Shown: positions 9,692 through 18,269 of the stretch, piece by piece
Layout: each line of letters opens with the position of its first letter
Numbering within the stretch: the stretch's first letter is position 1
DNA from: an archaeon
GTDB taxonomy: Archaea; Nanobdellota; Nanobdellia; Pacearchaeales; GW2011-AR1
Length of the DNA stretch: 56,392 nt
Assembly (NCBI GenBank): GCA_009992175.1
Contig: JAACWA010000015.1
Location: 1-56,392, forward strand
Direction: 5' to 3'
Translations under genes and position numbers: made by a program
The notes under the pieces: model-generated
Seen by the model: only the letters and a program-made list of their open reading frames with translations
Database searches by the model: none
What the model was told of the DNA's origin: nothing

Positions 9692-9907
9692 ATGAATATT
9701 TTATTTAATAAAAAAGAGATAAAGAGAAACATTAAATTTCTAAAAGAGATTGATACCCTAGATTTAGAGGGTAAAATAAAATATTTTGAGAAAACAATTA
9801 ATCACCAAAGAACTAAGGACAAAAATATGAATCTTGAAAAGTTTATTGAATTAATAAAAAATACCTCTTTTTTTATACAAGATTATTTATTGGTGAAGAT
9901 AAATTAA
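9692..9907 (+). CDS. small hypothetical protein
   Basis: 71-aa ORF from an ATG (the track start is a TTG one codon upstream). Its TAA overlaps the ATG of the next small ORF (TAATG). Confidence 0.3.
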   Translation: MNILFNKKEIKRNIKFLKEIDTLDLEGKIKYFEKTINHQRTKDKNMNLEKFIELIKNTSFFIQDYLLVKIN

Positions 9908-10068
9908 TGCCAATAAGATATGTTATGAATATTTCTGAAAATAGCCTCGGGGATTTGTTCTATGAAATGCATTGTGACCTATCTTCTGAAAATTTTTACA
10001 AAATTCAGAATTTATATAGAGGCATATATCAAAAACTTCTTCAAGATTCAGACCTTAGAAGAAAATAA
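9907..10068 (+). CDS. small hypothetical protein (53 aa, below track threshold)
   Basis: Hand-translated as MPIRYVMNISENSLGDLFYEMHCDLSSENFYKIQNLYRGIYQKLLQDSDLRRK. Start is coupled to the preceding ORF. Confidence 0.25.
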   Translation: MPIRYVMNISENSLGDLFYEMHCDLSSENFYKIQNLYRGIYQKLLQDSDLRRK

Positions 10069-10449
10069 TTATAAAAATCCATTTCCATAAATTAAAACTC
10101 CAACTACTATTACAATTTCTGAAATTATCCAAAGAATATTTGTAACAATAATTGGTTTTTCTTTATGAACCATCCCATACCAAAGCCATACACAAGAAAA
10201 AACAGTTAAAGTTGAATAAGTAAGAAAAGAAACTCCATCTGCATTTTTTAACAAAAATATTTTTAGTATTTGAGGTAGGCTCATAACGGGTCCTAAAATT
10301 CCTACAATATATATAATTCTATCCAAATATCTTATTTTTTTAACTGGACTAGGAAATTCTTCATGTTTTTCATGAATTCTTTTTCTTATGTTTAAATGAT
10401 GCATCCCCTGCCCTGTTATTGCCATAGATACATTAAGAAAAAAGGGCAT
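10069..10449 (-). CDS. PQ-loop / SemiSWEET-like small membrane transporter
   Basis: 126 aa with three predicted TM helices and a PQILKIF motif in the first helix, characteristic of the PQ-loop/MtN3 fold. Start uncertain because there are several N-terminal Met codons. Confidence 0.6.
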   Translation of the reverse strand: MPFFLNVSMAITGQGMHHLNIRKRIHEKHEEFPSPVKKIRYLDRIIYIVGILGPVMSLPQILKIFLLKNADGVSFLTYSTLTVFSCVWLWYGMVHKEKPIIVTNILWIISEIVIVVGVLIYGNGFL

Positions 10450-10501
10450 ATAAAGCTTGTGAAGAATAATCTTTTAAATTAGAATGATTAATTAAAAAGA
10501 A

Positions 10502-10572
10502 GCGGAAGTAGTTAAGTGGTAGAATACGACCTTGCCAAGGTTGTGACCCGGGTTCGATTCCCGGTTTCCGCA
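10502..10572 (+). tRNA. tRNA-Gly (GCC)
   Basis: Cloverleaf folded by hand: acceptor gcggaag/tttccgc, anticodon stem cgacc/ggttg, loop ttGCCaa, T arm ccggg-ttcgatt-cccgg. No encoded CCA. D stem is weak. Confidence 0.85.
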
Positions 10573-10611
10573 TATAAATAAAAATATAAATTAAATCTTC
10601 TTGTCCTTTTT

Positions 10612-11217
10612 ATGATAAACCTCATTGATGGATTAATTTCTATTTTAGAAAGTTGGGGATATTCAGGAATATTTGTTTTAATGTTTCTTGAAAGTTTAAT
10701 TATTCCTGTTCCTGCAGAGATTGTCTTAATTCCAGCAGGGTTTTTGGTGTTTAAGGGTTTAATGTCTTTCTTTCCCCTTTTAATTATCTCAACTTTAGGA
10801 AGTCTTGCAGGTTCATTATTTAGTTATTTTCTTGCATATAAAATTGGAAGAAAAGGATTTGAAAAAATTGCAAAAAAATATTCTGAAGTTCCGTTTTGGG
10901 ATATTAAACATTTAAAAAATTCTGAAAAGTTTTTTAAAAAAAAGGGACACTTAACAATTTTCTTTTCTAGATTTATCCCAGGGTTAAGGCATGTTATTTC
11001 GTTACCTGCGGGATTTTCAAAAATGAATATAATTGAATTTTCTCTTTATACCTTGTTTGGAGCAGGGATATACAATGCTTTTTTAATTCTTTTAGGATAT
11101 TTTGCAGGAACAAATGAAAATTACTTTATTTCTCACGTTGGAATAATTTCTGCTTTAATTGCAATAATTTTCTTAGTTGGAATTGGAGTTTATTTGAAAT
11201 TAAAAAATAAAAAGTAA
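10612..11217 (+). CDS. dedA: DedA-family membrane protein
   Basis: 201 aa. GYSGIFVLMFLESLIIPVPAEIVLIPAGF and FSRFIPGLRHVISLPAG are typical DedA/SNARE-associated motifs. Confidence 0.85.
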   Translation: MINLIDGLISILESWGYSGIFVLMFLESLIIPVPAEIVLIPAGFLVFKGLMSFFPLLIISTLGSLAGSLFSYFLAYKIGRKGFEKIAKKYSEVPFWDIKHLKNSEKFFKKKGHLTIFFSRFIPGLRHVISLPAGFSKMNIIEFSLYTLFGAGIYNAFLILLGYFAGTNENYFISHVGIISALIAIIFLVGIGVYLKLKNKK

Positions 11218-11260
11218 GAAGAAAACCTTTTTAAAATAAGGAATAGTTTCTAATCTAATT

Positions 11261-11331
11261 GGTCCATTAGTCTAATGGCAGAACATCTCGTTTACACCGA
11301 GAAGGCACAGGTCCGATTCCTGTATGGACCA
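11261..11331 (+). tRNA. tRNA-Val (UAC), atypical T-loop
   Basis: Acceptor ggtccat/atggacc, anticodon stem tctcg/cgaga, loop ttTACac, T stem acagg/cctgt. The T-loop tccgatt has C where the conserved U55 is expected, and the D stem has a mismatch. Confidence 0.75.
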
Positions 11332-11334
11332 TTT

Positions 11335-11949
11335 TTACTTCTTTTTAGATTTAGATCCTTTCATGAATTTTCTATAAATTAAATATTGTATTAATTGTGT
11401 GGGTAATACTACCATAATAAATGTGAGTGGAACCCATAGCTGAGTATAATGAGGAATAATTAATGAAAATAAACTCTTTGAAGAAAAAACATAATTTATT
11501 CCTTGCTCTGGATTAGTAAAGAATAAAGCGACAAAGTACATACAAAAAAGCATTATTATTGAATAAAATAAAGTTTTAATTGTGGGTTTAATTTTATATG
11601 TTAAAATTAACGCAAACGTCACCGACAAATGTATTAATACTGAACTTAAAAAATAGAATAAACTATAATTTTGTGGAAGAGAATCTAAAAAAGAGAATCC
11701 GAAAAATGTAGAAGAAATAATTCCTACAAGAAAAATTAATTGCGCTAAAAGCCCTATATTTACTACTGCTTTGATAAGATCTTCTTTCTTAAGAAAAAAA
11801 AAGATAGCAATAAATATCGAGATAAAATCACAAAACCAAAAAAAATTATAATAATCTGAAAGAATATTTCTTAATATTGCAACAATTTGAATAAATATAA
11901 AGAAAAATCCCAAAAAGAGATATCGCTTGTTTTCTCTTAAATTTATCAA
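11335..11949 (-). CDS. polytopic membrane protein, unknown function
   Basis: 204 aa with about 6 hydrophobic helices. Overlaps the upstream ORF by 4 nt. Confidence 0.6.
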   Translation of the reverse strand: MINLRENKRYLFLGFFFIFIQIVAILRNILSDYYNFFWFCDFISIFIAIFFFLKKEDLIKAVVNIGLLAQLIFLVGIISSTFFGFSFLDSLPQNYSLFYFLSSVLIHLSVTFALILTYKIKPTIKTLFYSIIMLFCMYFVALFFTNPEQGINYVFSSKSLFSLIIPHYTQLWVPLTFIMVVLPTQLIQYLIYRKFMKGSKSKKK

Positions 11950-12410
11950 TTTTTACTAACTCCTTTTTTACCTGGAGAAGCTGATTTTGAGTCTTTTTTA
12001 TTTTCCGAATCTCCTTCTTCAAACCGATAATGTCTTGTTATTTTTATTTTGGCAGTGTCTTCAATCACGTCCCCAGTTTTATCTGGAAGTAACTTCATAT
12101 TATGAATATCTATTCCTTGAATTTCTATCTCCACCTTTCTAATACTTGAATGATTTGGAGTAAGGACAATGGTCTTATGTTCTGGCCCCCATTTTTTCTC
12201 AAAAGTTCCAGAGGTATAATTAAATCTAGATAAAGGGATGTGAGGAAGTTCAGAATTGTATGCTTTAAGGTAAATGATATGCTTCCCATAAGTCATTATT
12301 TGGAATTTTTCAAGAGAAGTGTTCTGGATTCCGTTTCCCAGAATAAATAGTGCTCCCCCAATAACAACAAGGGAAATTAAAATTATTATAATTTTTATTG
12401 ATTTTTTCAT
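11946..12410 (-). CDS. membrane-anchored hypothetical protein
   Basis: Start set at the ATG (MKKSIKIIIILISLVVIGGALFIL). The track start at 12455 is a TTG that overlaps the neighbouring TATA box. Confidence 0.5.
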   Translation of the reverse strand: MKKSIKIIIILISLVVIGGALFILGNGIQNTSLEKFQIMTYGKHIIYLKAYNSELPHIPLSRFNYTSGTFEKKWGPEHKTIVLTPNHSSIRKVEIEIQGIDIHNMKLLPDKTGDVIEDTAKIKITRHYRFEEGDSENKKDSKSASPGKKGVSKN

Positions 12411-12456
12411 GAAATACTTAAGACGAGATCTTTTAAAAAAGTTTTTTGTTTCCAAA

Positions 12457-12466
12457 CTTTTATAAA
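12457..12466 (+). promoter_or_regulatory. TATA box
   Basis: cttttataaa centred 26 nt upstream of the ATG at 12488. Confidence 0.5.
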
Positions 12467-12487
12467 TAAGTTAAATGTTTTTAGAAT

Positions 12488-14254
12488 ATGACTTCAAATA
12501 CTGATTCAATTCCAAGAATGGATTTAAATTATTCTAAGCCTAAACTTCCTAAATCTAACCCTGATGAAGAAAAAAAGAAATTTGAAAAGACTAAAAAAGA
12601 AATTGACAAATTAAAGGTATTTTTAACCAAGAAATTTAAATATATTCTTGCTATGGGAATTTTGCCCCCCCAATCAATACCTAAATTTATCGAAGAGGAA
12701 GAAGCTCCTCCTGAATCAAAAGATCACGTTCATATTCAAATCATTGTTCCGGATGAAAAAGCTAAAGAGATTCCCAAGATTAAACAAGAAATTGTTAAAG
12801 AAATTCAAAAGTCAAAAGAAAAAGTTTGGGCCCACATAATGACTCCTTCTGAAATTTGGGAAATTTGTATGGATCAAAAGTTTGAACTTTCAGGTGCTAT
12901 TGCAATGAGTTATCCCTTATATGACAAAGGAATTTTGGGGGCATTAAGAGTTTCAGAGATTCACAAATCTCTTGTTTTACAGAAATTTGAAAAATATGTA
13001 GTTAGTTATGTGATTGGGGGAAGTTTGGTTAGAGGAGATGCAGTAAAAACAAGTGATGTTGATGTTTTTGTGATAATAAATGACACTGATGTAAAAAGAA
13101 TGCCAAGGCGTGAACTCCTAGAAAGACTTAGAGGAATAATTTACCAATATGTTGCTGAAGCAACTCAAATTGCTGGAGTTAAAAATAGGCTTGAACCACA
13201 AATTTACTTATTAACTGATTTCTGGGATGCAGTTAAGGATGCTCACCCTGTAATGTTTACTTTTATTCGTGATGGGGTTCCACTTTATGATAGAGGAACT
13301 TTCATGCCCTGGAAATCTCTACTTCGAATGGGTAAACTTAAACCTAGTCCTGAAGCAATTGATATGTTTATGAGTATGGGAGATGGAGTTATTCCTAGAA
13401 GTAAAAGAACTCTTTTAAGTGATGTATTTACTAATATTTTTTGGGGAGTTACAACTCCAGCTCAAGCAATTTTAATGCTTGGGGGATATCCTCCTCCAAC
13501 TTCTAAAGAACTTGTTGGTTCATTCAAAAAAGCATTTTTAGATACAAAAATGATTGAAAAAAAGTATGTTGACTTTTTAGAGAAAGTTGTTAAAACTTGG
13601 AAAGATTATGAGCATGAAAAAATAAAAGAAATTTCTGGCTCAGAAATTGATAAACTTTTAGTTGAAACTGAAGACTATTTGAAAAGACTTAAAGAATTAA
13701 GAAAAGAAATTGAAGAAAAATCACAACAAAAAACAATTGACCAAATTTATGGAGATGTTCTTCAACTTTTAAAGAATATTTTGGGAAACAAATCTGTTGA
13801 AAAAATTCTTCAAGAGTTTGAAAAAAATTATGTTAAAAAGTCTAAATTTACAAACCAACACTTAAGAATTTTAAAGGACATTGTTAAAACTAAAAAAGAA
13901 TTTAAAAAAGGTAAATCAGAATCCCATAAGGTTGACAGAGTTAGAAAAGATGCAGATATTTTAATTAAAGATTTAACTGAATTTGTACAAAGGGAAGAAT
14001 TGGTTTCAATGAGCAAAGGGAAGATGGTACTAAAGACTAAAGACAAAAAAATAGAAGTTGTTAATGTCGATGGAAAAACATTTATTTTTGAGAAGAATTT
14101 AATCAAAAAAGTGGGGGATAAAATTGTTAATTCCACTCTTGAAGAATTTGAAAAAGCTCTTTCAAAACAAAAGGACTTACCAAATGTTGAAATTGATTCA
14201 AAGGTTTTTGAAGTTTTGAAAAAAGAATATGGAAAGTTTGAAGTTTTGTTTTAA
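12488..14254 (+). CDS. nucleotidyltransferase-domain protein with long helical C-terminal extension
   Basis: 588 aa. GGSLVRGDAVKTSDVDVFVIIND is a minimal NTase (GS...DxD) motif. The C-terminal helical region is paralogous to ORF 18270..19163. Confidence 0.7.
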   Translation: MTSNTDSIPRMDLNYSKPKLPKSNPDEEKKKFEKTKKEIDKLKVFLTKKFKYILAMGILPPQSIPKFIEEEEAPPESKDHVHIQIIVPDEKAKEIPKIKQEIVKEIQKSKEKVWAHIMTPSEIWEICMDQKFELSGAIAMSYPLYDKGILGALRVSEIHKSLVLQKFEKYVVSYVIGGSLVRGDAVKTSDVDVFVIINDTDVKRMPRRELLERLRGIIYQYVAEATQIAGVKNRLEPQIYLLTDFWDAVKDAHPVMFTFIRDGVPLYDRGTFMPWKSLLRMGKLKPSPEAIDMFMSMGDGVIPRSKRTLLSDVFTNIFWGVTTPAQAILMLGGYPPPTSKELVGSFKKAFLDTKMIEKKYVDFLEKVVKTWKDYEHEKIKEISGSEIDKLLVETEDYLKRLKELRKEIEEKSQQKTIDQIYGDVLQLLKNILGNKSVEKILQEFEKNYVKKSKFTNQHLRILKDIVKTKKEFKKGKSESHKVDRVRKDADILIKDLTEFVQREELVSMSKGKMVLKTKDKKIEVVNVDGKTFIFEKNLIKKVGDKIVNSTLEEFEKALSKQKDLPNVEIDSKVFEVLKKEYGKFEVLF

Positions 14255-14291
14255 ACAAAACTTCTAAAAAGTAAAGTTTTCTATTGTGTTT

Positions 14292-15398
14292 ATGAAATAT
14301 TTGTTTATTCTTGGTCGGAATGTGGAACTTTCCAAGGCAGAAGTTTTTTCTTACTTTGAAAGGGAGGAAAATAAGATTCTATCCTCTGAATTAATAAAAA
14401 ATGGATTACTTCTTGAACTTGAACGCCCTATTGAAAAAAAAGTTGTTGATGTTTTTGGAGGAGTTATCTCTATTGGAAAAGTTATTTCTTCAGGAGATGA
14501 AAATGAACTCATTAAAAAATTGGATAATGAAACTTTGTATTTTGGAGAAAGTAATAAATTAAATTATATAATTTGGAATTTTTCAGAAAAGTATGAAATC
14601 TTTCAAGAATACCTTAAAAGTAGATTCAAAAAAGAAAAATTAAAAGCAACTTTTAAACATTTAACTGGAAACATTCACCTTCAAAATGGAGAAATAGTTA
14701 GTATTCCTTCTTCAAAGTTAATTAATGAAGAATACTTTGTTTATGGGAATAATGAAGTTTATTTCGGAAAAATTATCCAAATTTGTGATTACACCTCTTT
14801 AGAAGAAAGAGATATGAATAAACCCGTAAGAAGAGAATCTTTAGCAATTTCACCTCGCCTTGCGAAAATTTTAATTAATTTATCAAAAGTAAAAAAAGGG
14901 GAAACTTTACTTGATCCATTTTGTGGAGTAGGGACTATTCTTTCTGAAGCTCTTTTACAAAAAATTAAAGTGATGGGAATTGATAAGGATAAAGACGCTG
15001 TTACTGGAGCAAAGCAAAACCTAGAATGGTTTGGATTTCAAAAAGAAGATTATACTCTTTTTAACTCAGACTCTAGAAAGGCTGAAATTGGTCTTGTTTC
15101 GGGTATTGCAACTGAGCCGGATTTGGGAGACACTTTAAAAAAAATTCCAACCAAAAATAAAGCTAAACAAACAATTTCTAATTTTGAAAAACTAATTGTG
15201 GAAGTAATAAAAAACTTAAAAGAAAAAATTTCTGGAAGAATTGCTTTTACTTCCCCAAATATCCGAATTGGTAAAAAAAGAATTCATTTAAATTTAGAAA
15301 ATGTTTTGAATGAAACAGGATATGTTTTAAAATATGAAATTCCAGAATTTAGAGAAAACCAAATTGTCGGAAGAATGATTTATGTTTTGGAGAAGTAA
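14292..15398 (+). CDS. Trm11/Trm-G10-like tRNA (guanine-N2) methyltransferase
   Basis: N-terminal MKYLFILGRNVELSKAEV is an archaeal Trm-G10-like lead. SAM-binding LLDPFCGVGTILSEA. ATG lies two codons inside the GTG-started track ORF. Confidence 0.7.
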   Translation: MKYLFILGRNVELSKAEVFSYFEREENKILSSELIKNGLLLELERPIEKKVVDVFGGVISIGKVISSGDENELIKKLDNETLYFGESNKLNYIIWNFSEKYEIFQEYLKSRFKKEKLKATFKHLTGNIHLQNGEIVSIPSSKLINEEYFVYGNNEVYFGKIIQICDYTSLEERDMNKPVRRESLAISPRLAKILINLSKVKKGETLLDPFCGVGTILSEALLQKIKVMGIDKDKDAVTGAKQNLEWFGFQKEDYTLFNSDSRKAEIGLVSGIATEPDLGDTLKKIPTKNKAKQTISNFEKLIVEVIKNLKEKISGRIAFTSPNIRIGKKRIHLNLENVLNETGYVLKYEIPEFRENQIVGRMIYVLEK

Positions 15399-15405
15399 TC
15401 TATTT

Positions 15406-16371
15406 TTATCCCCTAACTATTAAAAAGGCTAGATATGAGATATATAAAATCAAAAAGAGTATTCCTTGCCACCTATCCAATTCATGTTTTTTTCCAACAA
15501 ACATAAAAATAAACAAAAGTAAAGTAGCAAAAAGTAAAATTAACAAATCTACAGAAATAAAGTTTGGAAAAGGAATTGGTTTTATAACTGAAGTCACTCC
15601 TAGTATCCAAAATACATTAAAAATATTACTCCCCACAATATTTCCGACTGCTAAATCAATATCTTTTTTCCTTGTAGCAACAATTGTAGTGAAAAGTTCT
15701 GGTAAAGAAGTTCCAATTGCAATAATTGTTGCGGAAATTAAAAATTCACTTAATCCAAAAGTTCTTGCAATCGAGACGGCTCCATCAACAGTCCACTTTC
15801 CTCCAAAATATAATCCAACTAATCCCCCTAAAATCATAAGAGAAATTATCCAGTAAGGATGTGCTATTACTTCAATCTTTTTGTCTTCCAAGTTTTCCTT
15901 ATTCTTTTTTACTAATCCCACAACATAATAAATAAAAAGTGCAAAAAAGAAGAGTAAAATTATTCCCTCTGTTCTTAAAAGGGAATTAATTTTTAGATTA
16001 TCTAAAAGAAAAACACTTGAAAAAATTAATAAAATTAATACTGCTAAAAAAGAAAAAGGAATCTCTTTCCAAATAGTTGACCTTTGTATTTTTAAGTTTG
16101 TTATTATTGCCGCAATTCCTAAAATCAAAAGAAGATTTGCCATACTACTTCCAATAATATTTCCAAAGGCCACTTCACCTGACCCTTTTATTGATGCAAG
16201 AACATTTACCACCAATTCTGGTATAGAAGTACCAAATGCTACGATTGTTAACCCTATTACTAGGGTTGGAACTCCTAATTTTTTAGCAAGAGAGGAGGAA
16301 CCTTCAACAAGATAATCTGCTCCTTTAATTAATAGAAAAATTCCTAATACAAATAAAATGTATTCGATCAT
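15406..16371 (-). CDS. Ca2+/cation antiporter (CaCA/YrbG family)
   Basis: 321 aa with about 10 TM helices and two alpha-repeat motifs, GNIIGSSMANLLLILG and GNIVGSNIFNVFWILG. Confidence 0.9.
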   Translation of the reverse strand: MIEYILFVLGIFLLIKGADYLVEGSSSLAKKLGVPTLVIGLTIVAFGTSIPELVVNVLASIKGSGEVAFGNIIGSSMANLLLILGIAAIITNLKIQRSTIWKEIPFSFLAVLILLIFSSVFLLDNLKINSLLRTEGIILLFFFALFIYYVVGLVKKNKENLEDKKIEVIAHPYWIISLMILGGLVGLYFGGKWTVDGAVSIARTFGLSEFLISATIIAIGTSLPELFTTIVATRKKDIDLAVGNIVGSNIFNVFWILGVTSVIKPIPFPNFISVDLLILLFATLLLFIFMFVGKKHELDRWQGILFLILYISYLAFLIVRG

Positions 16372-16432
16372 TTTTTTCTCAAGGAAATTTTTTATTTAAA
16401 TTTATTCTTTTCCTAAATTTTATACTACGTAA

Positions 16433-16442
16433 CTTTTATAAA
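16433..16442 (+). promoter_or_regulatory. TATA box
   Basis: cttttataaa centred about 27 nt upstream of the ATG at 16465. Confidence 0.5.
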
Positions 16443-16464
16443 CCAATTTTCCAACCATTTAGTT

Positions 16465-16725
16465 ATGGTAAAAGGCAAAGTTGTCCAGTTTAGAATAGGT
16501 AGACATACCATTCATGAAAAACATTTTTTAGTTGAAACAGAGGGTGTAAACTCGAGAGAAGGTGCAACAAAAATGATTGGAAAAGTTGTTACTTGGAAAT
16601 CTCCTGCTGGAAAAATTATAAAAGGAAAAGTTTCAGTGCCACATGGAAACAAGGGTGTTTTTAGAGTTATTTTTGAAAAAGGTTTACCTGGTCAAGCAGT
16701 TACAACAGAGGTTGAGATAAACTAA
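16465..16725 (+). CDS. rpl35ae: ribosomal protein L35Ae (eL33)
   Basis: 86 aa. The size and the GKVVTWKSPAGKIIKGKVSVPHGNKGVFRVIFEKGLPGQA region match eL33. Confidence 0.85.
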   Translation: MVKGKVVQFRIGRHTIHEKHFLVETEGVNSREGATKMIGKVVTWKSPAGKIIKGKVSVPHGNKGVFRVIFEKGLPGQAVTTEVEIN

Positions 16726-16726
16726 A

Positions 16727-17278
16727 ATGGCAAGTCTTAGAAAAGCAAGTGCATATTCAAAAAGAAAAGTAACTCCCTATACAAGAGTTTCAAAAAGAAG
16801 ACAAAAGTCCTACATAAAAACCGTTCCGCCTCAGAAAATTGTTAAGTTTGAGATGGGTAAAAATTCTTTAATTAAAGAGGGTAAATTACCTCACGTATTA
16901 AAAATTATTTCTGCAGAGAATGTTCAAATTAGACACAACGCTCTTGAAGCTTGTAGACAGTATATTAACAAAAAACTTGATGAAGAACTTGCGGGACAAT
17001 ATACTTTCAAAGTTGTTCCTTTTCCACATCACATTCAAAGAGAAAATAAAATGCTTACTGGGGCAGGAGCTGATCGTATGCAGACTGGAATGCAACTTGC
17101 TTTTGGTAAAGCTGTTGGAAAATCAGCAATTTTAAAAGCCGGAAAAGAACTTTTTATTCTTAGACTTCCTCATGAAAAAGGAGTTCAATTTGCAAGAAAA
17201 ATTATTAGGCAAGTTAATTCTAAACTTCCAGGAAAAATAAGAGCTGACTATGAAAACCTTTCATTAAAAAAGGCTTAA
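16727..17278 (+). CDS. rpl10e: ribosomal protein L10e (uL16)
   Basis: 183 aa. N-terminal RKASAYSKRKVTPYTRVSKRRQKSYIK and the GAGADRMQTGM region are typical of archaeal L10e. Confidence 0.9.
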   Translation: MASLRKASAYSKRKVTPYTRVSKRRQKSYIKTVPPQKIVKFEMGKNSLIKEGKLPHVLKIISAENVQIRHNALEACRQYINKKLDEELAGQYTFKVVPFPHHIQRENKMLTGAGADRMQTGMQLAFGKAVGKSAILKAGKELFILRLPHEKGVQFARKIIRQVNSKLPGKIRADYENLSLKKA

Positions 17279-17328
17279 TTTAGTTATCCTCTTTTTGTTA
17301 CTATTCTCCAGATACGACAAAATAGAAA

Positions 17329-17338
17329 GATTTATAAA
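17329..17338 (+). promoter_or_regulatory. TATA box
   Basis: gatttataaa centred about 25 nt upstream of the ATG at 17359. Confidence 0.5.
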
Positions 17339-17358
17339 GTTTAAAATTATATAATAAT

Positions 17359-17970
17359 ATGGAAAAAGAGACTAAAAAAACTCAAGAAAAATTTGATGGG
17401 AAGTATCTTCCTGCAGAATTTGCACTTCAAACTGCAAAGGATAATCCTACTCTTGCAAGAATTGCCTTAGATGAAATTAATTTTAGTGATGAAACTAAAG
17501 CACTTTTACAAGGTTCAAAATATTTTTCTACTAAAGAAGGAATTCTTGAAGCTTCAGAAATTTATGCAAAAGAAGCCCAAGTAATGGAATTTAAACAGAA
17601 AGTAAACACCTTGTTTGATTTTTATAAAGAAGGAATTAAATCTCTTTCTAATGAAGACCAAAATAAAGTTAAATATGTTTATAATCAATTTGGAAACAAA
17701 GCCTTAGGAGATGTTCTTTCAGAATATAACAAAGCAAATTCAATTATAGAATATAGTGAAGATGAAGCTCTTAAAGGTAAATTTAAAGAAGAAGAAATTG
17801 AAAAAGCTAATAAGGTTCTTGAAAAATATGAAACTTTTGTTGAAGCGTACAAAGTAATGCATTCAACTAAATTACAAGAAATTCAAAGCAAGGTAACAAA
17901 GAAACATAGCAAATTGGCTCTTGAAAGTTTGGTAAAGGATGTTAAACTTCCCTCTCCAACTAAAAAATAA
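17359..17970 (+). CDS. hypothetical protein (helical, K/E-rich)
   Basis: 203-aa ORF preceded by a TATA box. No motif recognised. Confidence 0.55.
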   Translation: MEKETKKTQEKFDGKYLPAEFALQTAKDNPTLARIALDEINFSDETKALLQGSKYFSTKEGILEASEIYAKEAQVMEFKQKVNTLFDFYKEGIKSLSNEDQNKVKYVYNQFGNKALGDVLSEYNKANSIIEYSEDEALKGKFKEEEIEKANKVLEKYETFVEAYKVMHSTKLQEIQSKVTKKHSKLALESLVKDVKLPSPTKK

Positions 17971-17978
17971 TTCTTAAG

Positions 17979-18263
17979 ATGGCTGAAAAATTTAAATTAA
18001 GTAAACTTACTGAATATCTTGATAACAGAACAAAAAACAAATTAAGTAAAAGAAGCGATGAAGGCTTGATTTTTATAATTCAAGATTATAATGGAAATGA
18101 TTTTATGAAAAATGACTCTTCTTTAATTATTAGGGGATTGTCAAAAGTTTTAGGATATTTTCCAACAACAAGAACAGCAAAGATAGCTTATGATATTATG
18201 ACCCAAAGACAAAATGAAGAAAATTTTATAATTCCTAAATCATATATTAATTTTTCTAAATAA
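17979..18263 (+). CDS. hypothetical protein
   Basis: 94-aa ORF starting 8 nt after the previous stop, so probably co-transcribed. Confidence 0.5.
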   Translation: MAEKFKLSKLTEYLDNRTKNKLSKRSDEGLIFIIQDYNGNDFMKNDSSLIIRGLSKVLGYFPTTRTAKIAYDIMTQRQNEENFIIPKSYINFSK

Positions 18264-18269
18264 TTAGTT

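Noticed and set aside
8817-9732. N-terminal extensions given by the track for several genes: 8885 start of the barrel-like protein, 9732 start of tatD, 35534 start of thyA, 36955 TTG start of rpoB, 45243 start of rps7, 24794 start of the pilin-like gene.
   Set aside because: The extensions are low-complexity, overlap upstream genes or promoters, or precede a Met that aligns with the conserved family N-terminus and has a TATA box or SD at the right distance. Shorter starts are preferred but not proven.
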